A DNA stretch of 64,000 nucleotides from Fistulifera solaris. Taxonomy: Eukaryota. Below are positions 1 to 10,301 of this stretch, in pieces (within the stretch, counting starts at the first letter, position 1; each line of letters starts with the position of its first letter). The stretch lies in NCBI GenBank assembly GCA_030295235.1, contig AP026123.1, forward strand, positions 1,736,001 to 1,800,000, written 5' to 3'. The notes under the pieces are model-generated. The model did no database searches and was not told where the DNA came from. It saw only the letters and a program-made list of their open reading frames with translations. The translations under genes were made by a program, and so were the position numbers.

Positions 1-180
1 GACTTTAGGAAATTAGGAATAAATATTTAGGATTGTGTTAGTTGAGAAAGGTTGCACCGCGTAGCAAAGACGTTGTTTTTATCATTCGCATTCATCTTAT
101 CTTATAATAACAGTTCATATCTCTATCTCTTGCTTTCTCTCGTTATTCGCTCGTATTATAAACCCATCTAACAATTAACA

Positions 181-1369
181 ATGCCAAAAGCCGAAAAAGG
201 ATCCCTCAAAGACATTGGCAAACGCATCAAAGCCAAAGGCCTCCAGAAATTGCGATTCTGGTGCGAAATGTGTGCGAAACAATGTCGTGACGCCAACGGC
301 TTCAAATGTCACCTTACGTCCGAATCGCATTTGCGACAAATGAAATTGTTCAGTGAAAACGCTAATTCGATTGTGCGTCAGAAGAGTAACGAATTTGAAA
401 AGTTGTTTCTCGATACTCTCCGTTTGCGACATTCCACCGTCATGGTGAATGCCAACAATGTCTATCAAGAAATCATTCGCGACAAGCAACACGTGCACAT
501 GAATGCGACGCATTGGGCGACCTTGTCGGATTTTGTACAGTATTTGGGAAAAATGGGCAAAGCCAAAGTCGAAGAAACGGAACGGGGATGGTACATTCAA
601 TACCGTCCCGTACAAACGATTCAACAACAAGAAGAAGCTGTCCGAAGGCAACAACAGGCGGTGGCGGATGAACAAGCGGAAGAAGCGTATCAAGAGAAAA
701 TGATGCAATTGCGGCAGGAGCAACTGGCGCAACTGATGGGGACATCGAAAGTTGCGGAACCGACGGAATTGGAAAAGAACGCAGAGAACAAATTAAGGTT
801 CAGTTGTCGTCAAAGGATTACAACCCAACAATAACAGCAACAAACGAAAAGTTTCTGTTTTTGGTGATGCCGACGACGATGATGACAGTGCGAATCAAGC
901 GGAAAGTAGACATGCCGGCCCACCGCCGATTCCAGAGACGAAAGAGGTAACGAAAAAGCAACGCGTGACAAATGAAAAAGATTCGAACAGCAAGCATGAA
1001 AAAACTAATAAAAAGAACGCAGATGAAGAAGAAGAAGAACCCTGGCTGATCAAAGGGATTTTGGTTCGCATCATTAAGAAGAAATCCGAATACTTCAAAC
1101 AAAAAGCCGTCGTTGATCAACTCACGGATCCCTTTACCGCACAAGTGTCCTTATTACAGGACGAATCCATTCGCCTATCTTTCGATCAACGGCATTTGGA
1201 AACGGTAGTTCCGAAAGAAGACAATGCGAAAGTATATATTGTACGAGGACCGGATCGTGGGTTGAAAGCCAAAGTCGTGCACGTCGACAAGAAGAAACAA
1301 CGAGCTCTACTACGGATACACGACCGTCAAGTCGAATTGGATTTGGATGATTTTTCCGCGCGATATTGA
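181..1369 (+). CDS. KIN17: KIN17 DNA/RNA-binding protein (frameshifted near 790-850)
   Basis: N-terminal KAKGLQKLRFWCEMCAKQC zinc finger and HVHMNATHW winged-helix motif in ORF 181-834; C-terminal SH3/KOW-like region (WLIKGILVRII, HLETVVP) in ORF 965-1369. Confidence 0.92.
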
Positions 1370-1458
1370 TTCGACTACTAGTATCTTACTCTATTGAGAG
1401 CTGTAAGTAAGTATTGTTTTTAATTTAATACTAATACATAGCCCGTGGCTCATCTCGT

Positions 1459-2462
1459 TCATGCCAGCGAATCCAATACAGCCATGTCGGAATCCGACAA
1501 GACAAAATCAAACAAATCCAAGTCTTGCGCAAAATGCTCGGGATTTTGACTCTGAGTCGTAAATGTCACACCCTTTTGTAGGATCCACCGCAAGGCCACT
1601 TGAGCCCACGTTTTGTTATATTGTTTGCCAATCACGGCACACTGTCGACGAATGGCGGCATTGAATCGTCCACCGAGGGACTTGCCCAAGGGCGCCCACG
1701 CTTGAACTAAAATGTCGCGCGCTCGGTGGTCCGCCAAAACTTGTTCCATGTTCGGATGATACGCCACCGAAAATGGCAATTGATTGACGACGGGTTTCAC
1801 TTGTGCCTTGGCCAAGACGGCATCGAGTTGCTTCGTCGAAAAGTTGGACACACTGAGTGATTTGACCTTTTGTTGTTGATGCATTTCCTCGAACGCTTTC
1901 CATTGTCCTTGTATGGAAGCCACATCCGGTCCGGGATAATCCAACATGATTTGATCCAAATAATCAATATTCCCGTACGCAAATTCGGCCAAATTGCGTT
2001 GCCATCCTTTGCTGGTGGCTTGATAGGCGGCATCAAATCCTTGCACGCGATTCGAAACAACACTCCCACAAATATACAGTTCGTCGCGCGGAATTCCTGA
2101 ATCACGGATCGCTTGCGCAAATCCTTTTGATTTCCGGCCAAGACGGACGCAAAGAAATTGCGGTAACCAATTTTGAGAGCCGTTCGAGTCAATTGATACG
2201 CGGTTTGGTCGTTGTAAATTTGCAACCCAAAGGAACAGACGGGGAATATCGTCTGATCCGCTAATGTCACGGTTGGTGAAATGGTGTTTGTTGTTGCGGT
2301 AGAGAGTAGTGTACTGGTGAGAACGGGTTGTAACAGCGCTTCTCTCCGTGACATAGGTGATACCACCAGTGCATGACAGTCTGGATGAGTGAGCAGTCGT
2401 TGTAGCGAAACGAATGTCAGGACGGAAAAGGAGAAGAAGAACCGTGTGTCGGTACGATACAT
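1459..2462 (-). CDS. Aldo/keto reductase with N-terminal targeting sequence (frameshift near 2125)
   Basis: AKR motifs SVSNFS, PVVNQL, VQAWAPLG, AQVALRW, DLFDFVL in ORF 1459-2046; N-terminal part in ORF 1797-2462. Confidence 0.85.
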
Positions 2463-2667
2463 GATGATGAAGAGAATGGCGATCGACGATATGATTTGGT
2501 ATTATTAGGATGTTAATGATGAGTAATACTGGTTGACATGAAGAATGAGATGCGACGATCCAAATTTTTTTGTGGGATGCCGGTCATAACACAGACATAC
2601 AGAGTTTCCGTATGACTCAAATATGGGCAACGGCATCTACTATAGTATGAGGTGTAACCTACATAAT

Positions 2668-2930
2668 CCACGACTGCATTTCCAGTCATGAATCAGTATT
2701 CTGTCGAGCACAATGTTACCCAGACTAGACCAACACTTCGTTGGTTCACTCAATTTTCTTGAGCTCAACCTTGATGCTGTTGCTACAATGGCAGCGTTTT
2801 CGGAACAGCGCTCCTATTTTTCTACGTCGAAGAGCGTTGCGAAACGTCCGCTTTCCTATTTACTATTGACGATTGACCAAAGTGTCCTTCGGTTTTCTTC
2901 ACGACTGCATTTCAGTCATGAATAATATTC
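2668..2930. repeat. Dispersed repeat family, locus 1 (two direct copies of CACGACTGCATTTCAGTCATGAAT)
   Basis: Copies at 2668-2695 and 2900-2923; related copies at 41250 and 41457. Confidence 0.75.
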
Positions 2931-3276
2931 GTTCGCGCAATTATTCAGACCCCTGCCAATTGCATGTATAACCATCCAATCATTTTCGTTTGATTTATTC
3001 TGCTTACAACCGAAAAAGTAGAGTTTCATAGGGGACGTCTGTTAAATTTATGTTTTTCTGACGCAAGGGCAGTCGCGGTAAATTTCCGTATACACGAAAC
3101 CTCAACCTAGGTTGACGTCATCCTTTGCGTCAATTATCGAACCGCGCGTAGCAAATACTTGAGATCATAAGGAGAATTTGGCTCAGGGCATTATACTTTA
3201 CCATAGTGAGCCGAATAGACCGAAATCGAATTCACTATTGTGTCGCAAACAGCTTCACTGAACAATTCACAACCCC

Positions 3277-3765
3277 TCATTCCAGTTGTTGAATCGATTG
3301 CAGGTGCTGTTCCAATTGCAAACACAATTCAATCCTTTCTTGTTGTTCTTCCATTTGCAGAATTTGTTCCTTATACTGTCGTTTCAAACATTGGATCGCC
3401 GCCCTTTGCACCGTCCGCGTCGATCCGTGGACCGACCGAATGTACAGAGTGGGGCGAGACATCAACGTTAATACAGCACGCACGTACGAGCATCCGTCCC
3501 GCGAGGTCCGAATCAGTGCCAATCGTGTCCCCGGATCCCAAAACCGGACTTTTTGTTGGGAAGGTGTGTGAGTTGAATACATGACACGCATGGTCGTCGG
3601 TTACGATATCGTACCTTGTGTTTCGGATGCCGTCGCCGTCCTCGCTTGACCGAACTGTTGTATTAAATTGTCACGAATGATTCGTATCAAATTTTTCTTT
3701 GTGATGGAAAAATCATTATTTGTTTCCACCTGTACCATCAACCATCGTCGTTTCAAGCGCACCAT
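3277..3765 (-). CDS. POP5: RNase P/MRP subunit, Pop5/Rpp14 family (intron 3549-3614)
   Basis: Exon 1 MVRLKRRWLMVQV is spliced (GT..AG) to QVRFWDPGTRLALIRTSRD...VRAVLTLM...IRSVHGSTRTVQR, matching the Pop5 pattern. Confidence 0.8.
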
Positions 3766-4202
3766 ACTTTGTGATGAGAATTAGTGAATGAATGCAGCCT
3801 GGATCCGTCCGCTCTCACTTCTTTCAGTTCGGCTCGGTTATTTCTGCCTCAATAGTGTTTGGATGCTTTCTTGTTTGGTGGTAACCTTAAAAGGAAATGC
3901 GTCTTCTTGGTTATGCTCGCAAATAAAACGCAAAAAGAAAAAAAGAAAAAATGTGGGCTGTGGGCGGGGCGATCGTTTGTACGACGTACGTCGTAGGTCG
4001 TTGTCGTTGTCGTTGAGAAACAGTGTCTGTCCTCCGCTCCCCGCATCGGATCCTTTTTTATTCGCGCGCCGCTTTTTTTTTGCGTGCTTTTGCCTTTTGC
4101 CTCCATTATCATTGTGCGTTGCAAATAAATCATACCCCCGAATATCGTCATACATCATCCATTCATATAAATCTACTTCATTTCTATCATTTTAATTCAC
4201 AA

Positions 4203-6897
4203 ATGTCCGATCCCACAACCACCGAATTAGAACCCCGCCGCCTCGAATTAACGTTAGATCCCCACAATGGCTCCTTGCAAACCGCATCCTTGTTGCACGT
4301 GATCTTGACGGCGACCGACAACTTGTTTCAGGACTTGTATCAAATGACGGTGGGTGACATTGATGTCGCAGCACCCGACGACGAAACTCCGCAACAGTTG
4401 ACCAGCAAAAACGCATGGCCGATTTGGCCTTCAGTCAACGACGCCACGAATTGGCGTGGCGGTTGGCCCGGCACGCCCGGGCGATCGAACACGTCGCGGC
4501 CTTGACAGCCGCCGCGGCCACCACCGAGTTTGCCTCCCATGTCGAAACATCCAGTCAAGCGCTGCAACACGCCCGAACGGCGTGGTCGCAAGCCGATGAA
4601 GCACAAGATGCTCTCTTTTTCTTTCACGCGCAATTGTTTTCCCCTCCGGGCGGCACCGCACGATGTGGTGGGCGCGGCCGATGTGCAATTGCACGGTCGG
4701 TGGTACGATTTGCCCCACAATCTATTGTTACAAACGGATCCGTATGAAACGTCCGTGGAAGCGGCGTGGTCGCGGGCACAAGTCGATGAAACGTGGCAAA
4801 TGGCGGTCCGACGAAAATTGATGTTGGGCGAAACGGGATATGATCCGGAGGCATCTCGGTTATGGAAATTGTCATTGCGCGGTGGTTTAGTACGATTGAC
4901 ATGTGGGAATTCTCGTCCGACGGAAGATTCTTCGAAACAACAATATCCCATTGCGGCCGTTTTGACGGTCATTCCGTCTCATTCGTCTGACCACAACACC
5001 GACGAATGGACGTTGCTCAATTTAGATGTTCACGTGAAAGCCAAAACGGGCGAATTCAATTACCAATTGGAGTGCAGTCATCGACAAAAATACGATCTGC
5101 ATCGATTGGCGGCCTTGGCGATGCACCGGGCCGAAGTGAAGACCCGCAAGTTGCAACAAGAAGCGGAAGAAGAAGAAATGTTCAATTCGAACGACATGAA
5201 TGATGATGCCGCTGTACCGAACAAAGTACCACCGGCACGTCCTTTGGAGGCACTCTTTCACGTGGCACACACCTTTTTATTGTCGTGGCAATTGGAAGTC
5301 TTGTCGGCACAAGCGTTGGGGTTACGACGGGGGGCCTGGGGTGCGGTCGGAATACCGATTCAAGTCCAGCCGGTGCAGTTCGGGGAATCATCTTCGTTGG
5401 GAGTTTTGTCCATCTATTTTTGGAAAGTAGATGATTCTTATGGTCCACCGCGTGTGGGAAATTTGTCCCTGGGAGAAAATACTGATGATGAACAGAACCC
5501 GTCCAAGAAAGCTCGACATTCTTCGGATGCACGTGGTCAGTTGGTGCTTACGATAACAGCCGAATGCGGTGTCGGAATCCAAGTATCCATGAGTGGCGCA
5601 CAGGAAATATTAGCGCAAGGAGATGTCAAGACAAAATCGATTGTACAGGATTTATTGGAAGCCACGACGAATCCGTTTGCCCTGTCGGCCAGTGATGCCT
5701 TGTTGGCGGCAGCACGATTGTGTGCCTATCAGAAATGCCAAGCGGTGGTGAAAGCACTGCAGCCTCCTGCCTTACCGCATTGGATAGTCTTGTCACTGGA
5801 TCGCGGTAGCATTGTGGTGGCAGCCAAACTTCATTATTATTGCGGTAAAGATGACGAAAGTATGGATGACGGAAAAGGTGGTCATTCGCCATTTACAATT
5901 CTGTTCCGCGTGCAATGTGATTTACAGACAGGATCTTTCGTCCCGACCTTTCCACGCCCATTTCATTTGCTCGGTACCTTGGCGGGTGCTGATACCTACC
6001 ATCAGGCGAGCGAACTCATGGCAATGCGGGTGGCCAGCTTACCACCCACGAAACGACGAGCGGCGGGTGCGTCTTCGACGGGGCGCTGCGTCAGAGAGGC
6101 TTTTGATGCATTGATGCGCTCGATGAATTTACTGGGTCAGCGCGTCGGTGTCGGTAGTTCTTGGGATGACAAAGATCTCGAAGGCTCTCCGAAGCTGCGA
6201 CAGCGTGCTATACAAGGTGCCTGTGTGGATGTTCGAACTTGTTTGACTAAATGTTGTGCCATGTCGGCTTTGTACGGATTGGCACCAGTGGCGACCCGCA
6301 TTGCCGTCGGTTTGGACGCTTCCCCCCGATATGTAAGTTCGATTCGCCTTTTATTTCCGTCGTTTACAGGAGACTGACACCCGCTCCCTTCGTTTTTCAG
6401 GTCTGGAAACGGTACGGACAGGCGGCTGCAGGGTATGTCATTACTTTCAGTACCTCCGGTAAGCATTCGGATGCACCAAGAATTAGTTGAAAGGACGGTA
6501 TCGTCTTCGGACGGTGTACCAAAGAAAGATTGCCACTTGGAACAAATATTGTTCTCCCTTTCTTGTCGAATCAGCAATGGCGGAGTTGTACTGGTCCCTC
6601 TCGAAGCTACAGTTCAACTTGATTCGCCGGCAGCTGGTACGTAGGATGTAGGACACGACTCGAACGCAGACCCACAAAAACGACCGAGATAGACTCACAA
6701 TTGTGCCTAATTTTCTTACAGAGCCAGTCGTCAAAGAGTACGAAATGCTCAATTTTGAAAAGAGAGATGATAGATCATTTCCTAGTAAGGGTGACGGCGA
6801 AGTTAATGTAGGAGACCCTGTTCCAGAGGCAGGGTATCTTGCTGATTTGATATCGAATCTCATTGATGAATCCCCTAATCCACCAAATACTGCGTAA
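4203..6897 (+). CDS. MED14: Mediator subunit 14-like protein (frameshifts ~4410, ~4640, ~6325; intron 6333-6400; 3' end uncertain)
   Basis: Reconstructed motif ADEAQDALFFFHAQLFPLRAAPHDVVGAADVQLHGRWYDLP resembles the Med14 N-terminal domain; later HTFLLSWQLEVLSAQA motif. Confidence 0.65.
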
Positions 6898-6962
6898 TTC
6901 ACTTTGAGTTACTAGTCTACATATGAGCTAAAATAGATTATAGAAATAGACCCCAATTTCCG

Positions 6963-8285
6963 TCATTTGCTCGCGCTTCTTTTCCAACACCCGCTAACGC
7001 ACAATGTACGCCACACTCTTCTTTTTCGTTTCCGCAACCACGACAAATCATCCTCTTTACACAATCGTAACTCCCCCTTTTCGGTCGTCGCATTGATGGT
7101 ACGATCCACCAATCGGGGTGTGAGACCATCCCGGATCCACGATTCGTGTACCAAATCCAGTGTTCCATTGGGATAAACACCTTGAATGATCCGGGCATCG
7201 ATATTTTGCCAATGAATCGCGGAATGCGAATAATCCGATGCCGTATGATAGACACGTTGCGCCGATAAGATGGTAAACCAATCCACCCACATTTGCAAGA
7301 CTTGTACTGCCCGATTGGTCTCGTGATGTTCCGGTGTGTCGCCCCAGAATCGGGAAGTTGCTGTATGTTGAACAATGGTCCACGCCGGGTGCTGCCACGT
7401 GGGGAAATGATCGTACCACGCGACATTGTTGGTCACCAAGAACGTGTCGGACGGTAACGTTTGATACAACATGGCAAATGTCGCATTGTCGAGACCGGCC
7501 CGATCATCGGCTCCGTGTTTGTCGGGGGTTCGTAAATGCACGACCGTGTGGGGTGATTGGGGGTAGGGCAACCACGCCAACAACGCTGGAGTCGGTTCAT
7601 AGTATTGAAAAAAGAAATTGGGCGGCACCTCGGGCCATCGGGGGTACGTATTGGCCAATATCACCCAAACCGGTTGCTTCCGATCGGCCAATTGTTGTTG
7701 GAGGCGACATTCGTTCGGTGGTTTCCCAAAATTATTGAGCATGATGCGGAGATTCACATTGTCATTGTATTCTTTTATTATGGGATCACATGCTTCCTGT
7801 AGCGCAGGTTGTCGAGAACGAAAGGCCAAATGAAATTCTTTATAATCAGGACTGACACACACGGTGCGATTGAATTCGAGTGCCAACAAATGCGTCGCGA
7901 GGAGTCCATTCATGTGATTACCTGTCCCTTGACCTTTCATAAAACCTTTGTAAATGAGAAATTGGGAATGAATGGGTGGTGGTGGCGGAAATTTCGAAAA
8001 GTTGGCTTGGTAGATTTGGGTTGGTAATTCCGGAAGGGTCCAGTTCGGTGTTGTATCTTCTATTTTTTCGGGTATTTTTATAACAGGAGATTGTTGATTA
8101 CTCGAATAAAGGGACAGGAAACTGTAATACGGCAAGAACAAGCCCGCCATCCCGAGACCAACAAAGATGAAGAGCCGTGACGAGGATGATAACGATGATG
8201 ACTTGTGTTTCGCGTTGTTGATGCTTTTAGTAATCGGCACGTTGCCGGGGGTGGAAGTCTTGTTAACAAAACGACTTCGATGCAT
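6963..8285 (-). CDS. Type II membrane glycosyltransferase, fucosyltransferase-like (GT-B)
   Basis: N-terminal TM anchor and stem; motifs GQGTGNHMNGL, VVHLR, FLVTNN, WVDWFTI...SDYS as in alpha-1,2/1,6-fucosyltransferase superfamily. Confidence 0.65.
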   Translation of the reverse strand: MHRSRFVNKTSTPGNVPITKSINNAKHKSSSLSSSSRLFIFVGLGMAGLFLPYYSFLSLYSSNQQSPVIKIPEKIEDTTPNWTLPELPTQIYQANFSKFPPPPPIHSQFLIYKGFMKGQGTGNHMNGLLATHLLALEFNRTVCVSPDYKEFHLAFRSRQPALQEACDPIIKEYNDNVNLRIMLNNFGKPPNECRLQQQLADRKQPVWVILANTYPRWPEVPPNFFFQYYEPTPALLAWLPYPQSPHTVVHLRTPDKHGADDRAGLDNATFAMLYQTLPSDTFLVTNNVAWYDHFPTWQHPAWTIVQHTATSRFWGDTPEHHETNRAVQVLQMWVDWFTILSAQRVYHTASDYSHSAIHWQNIDARIIQGVYPNGTLDLVHESWIRDGLTPRLVDRTINATTEKGELRLCKEDDLSWLRKRKRRVWRTLCVSGCWKRSASK

Positions 8286-8420
8286 TTTATGTATTTTATC
8301 TTATGATCCTCATTCTCTTTTTTTTATAGTTGTATTCGGTTACATGCACAACGCAAAATGAAATGAACTGAAAAAATGCTGGGCGCGGGTGTTGTTATCG
8401 AGCCAGGCGACCTTCGCGTT

Positions 8421-8871
8421 CACAGAAAATGAGGGAGTGGAAATTTTGACGAGCCCAGAATATCTGGGGATGTGGTGTGTTGAATCCCACAGAAAATCTG
8501 AGTGATGATGTTTTCACACCCCCAGAAAATCTGGGCGAGTGGTGTCTTTAAGTACCCAGAAAATCTGGGTGATTGGTGTTCACAAACCCAGAACATCTGG
8601 GTGTCTGCTGACTTCCACGTAACCAGAAAATCCGGGAATGTTGTGTTTTGACGTGCACGGGTAACGACGTTGAAATTCTGCCTCGCCGTAGGCTCTACGT
8701 AGAAACTTGTACTGAGAGGCAGAATTTTAACGTCCTTTCCCTAAAAAGTGTGGGAAAGCGGTGTTTTCACGAACACAGAGAATCTGGGAGTGTGGTATTT
8801 TCAGGTGCTTCAGGTGCACAGTAATTCTGGGATTGTTACGTTTTGTTCATGGTTCGCACCGAAATTCTGTA
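8421..8871. repeat. Degenerate tandem array, ~33-34 bp period, palindromic core CCCAGA-N3-TCTGGG
   Basis: Cores start at 8421, 8454, 8488, 8521, 8555, 8587, 8622, 8740, 8774, 8817, 8857. Confidence 0.9.
8666..8734. repeat. 69-bp element with 19-bp terminal inverted repeats inside the array
   Basis: GACGTTGAAATTCTGCCTC (8666-8684) and GAGGCAGAATTTTAACGTC (8716-8734), one mismatch. Confidence 0.8.
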
Positions 8872-9041
8872 TAGGTGCGTGGCGTGCATCTTGAGTCTTT
8901 CGCCTTGCCGTTGTCCGGTCTATCGGCGCTTTGCGTCAAAGTGCGCAGATCACACTCTTGTTTTATTCATTGTTTATCTTTCCAGTGCGCTCCTTTTCAT
9001 TTCTGTTGTAAACACGTTTCTAGAAAAGAAAATATTCAACA

Positions 9042-9584
9042 ATGGGGCGCTTTTCGTCCGTCCAAACGTATACCGACACGGCATCGGACAAACGCACGGT
9101 TCCGTACGAACAGGTGAAGGCGGCGTCTTCGACGACCACATCCGTGCAACCGGAAAAAGTCGTCAATCCGTACGGTTCCACTGCCGGCGCGGGTTCGGGT
9201 GAATTTCACATTTATCGACAAGCCCGGGCCCGGGAAATGCAACGTCAAGCGCAATTGCAACTATCCGCACAGGAACAAGCCGCGGCGCGGGAATTTGAAG
9301 AACAACGGCAACGCGACGCCGAAGAATGTGCGGCACGGACGGAAAAACGCAAACGCAAACGAGAAAAGCAAAAAGAAGCGAAGTTGCGGAAACGAAATTT
9401 AGAACAAGCGGGGATAGTTGTAGAAAAAGTTGAGGCGGAAGAACCGACGGCAGAAGAGGAAGAGGAGTTTGTGTATATTTCGGAACCCAAAGAGGATGTA
9501 ACAACGGAGAAAGACGGTGATGAATCAGCTTTAAATAATGCTAAAGCGACACTTGAGTCAAGTCGATCCGAAGGTGCTTCATGA
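9042..9584 (+). CDS. PRKRIP1: PRKR-interacting protein 1 homologue (DUF1168 splicing factor)
   Basis: PEKVVNPYGSTAGAGSGEFHIYRQARARE signature followed by charged helix. Confidence 0.88.
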   Translation: MGRFSSVQTYTDTASDKRTVPYEQVKAASSTTTSVQPEKVVNPYGSTAGAGSGEFHIYRQARAREMQRQAQLQLSAQEQAAAREFEEQRQRDAEECAARTEKRKRKREKQKEAKLRKRNLEQAGIVVEKVEAEEPTAEEEEEFVYISEPKEDVTTEKDGDESALNNAKATLESSRSEGAS

Positions 9585-9913
9585 AGGCGTCGGGTACTCT
9601 CTCTAGAGGGAGGGAGTCGTTATAAATTTTGGATGACATAGTGCATCACCTCAGAGAATTGTGCAATAGAACGTACAACAAGGTAAAAGATTAGTTGTTC
9701 TTATTTGATAGCAGCGTTTGCAATGCGCGCACTGCTTCGTTACGTCGAACCTATAACGATTTGCAATTCGTTCGTCTTTAAAAGTTCTAAATGTACTACG
9801 GAGTACTACGTATCAAGTGTATCACGACGGGATTTGAGTCAGTCACGAGCTAAACTTGTCGCTCCAATGAGCTGCTCTTCCAAAGGAAATTTACTATGCA
9901 TCTCCTAAAAACG

Positions 9914-9965
9914 CATCCACATGAAGAACCATCCGGCGATGTGATGATAATTATTCTGATGGATG
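9914..9965 (+). ncRNA. Candidate minimal box C/D RNA
   Basis: Terminal stem CATCCA/TGGATG, box C-like ATGAAGA (9921), internal C' GTGATGA (9941), box D CTGA (9956); intergenic location. Confidence 0.35.
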
Positions 9966-10301
9966 TTATTGGGGTGAAGTTTGATGTGATTGGCCGTCTT
10001 TCGCGCAATCATCATAAACAACTACTGTAGCGTAACGTGTAGATTACTTTTTTCTGGCCACATTCTATTGCACACAGCACTTGTCGCTCCAACACTCGGC
10101 GGGTGCGGACGAACGCAGAAAAACAACAGAACATCCTAAAATCCGAGCGACGCGATCTTGTGTGATGTTCATTCGGGCAAATTCGTTCGTAACAACAATC
10201 ATAAAGACTTCAATCAAATCGAAGAGCAACGTTACTTTAAACAAAGTTCGTCTCTCTTTGTTGTCGAAGCTTCCTTATTTGTTAGCAACAAAGTCGACAT
10301 C

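Noticed and set aside
1..42. TTAGGA-like triplet resembling telomeric repeats
   Set aside because: Only three irregular copies, not tandem, in an AT-rich promoter.
780..850. Programmed ribosomal frameshifting as the cause of split genes
   Set aside because: No common slippery or stop motif across sites, and shifts go in both directions.
8421..8871. CRISPR or TIGR-like guide array interpretation of the palindromic repeats
   Set aside because: Cores are only 15 bp and degenerate, linkers resemble each other, the context is eukaryotic, and no cas or Tas-like gene is nearby (NOP56 is canonical and about 15 kb away).
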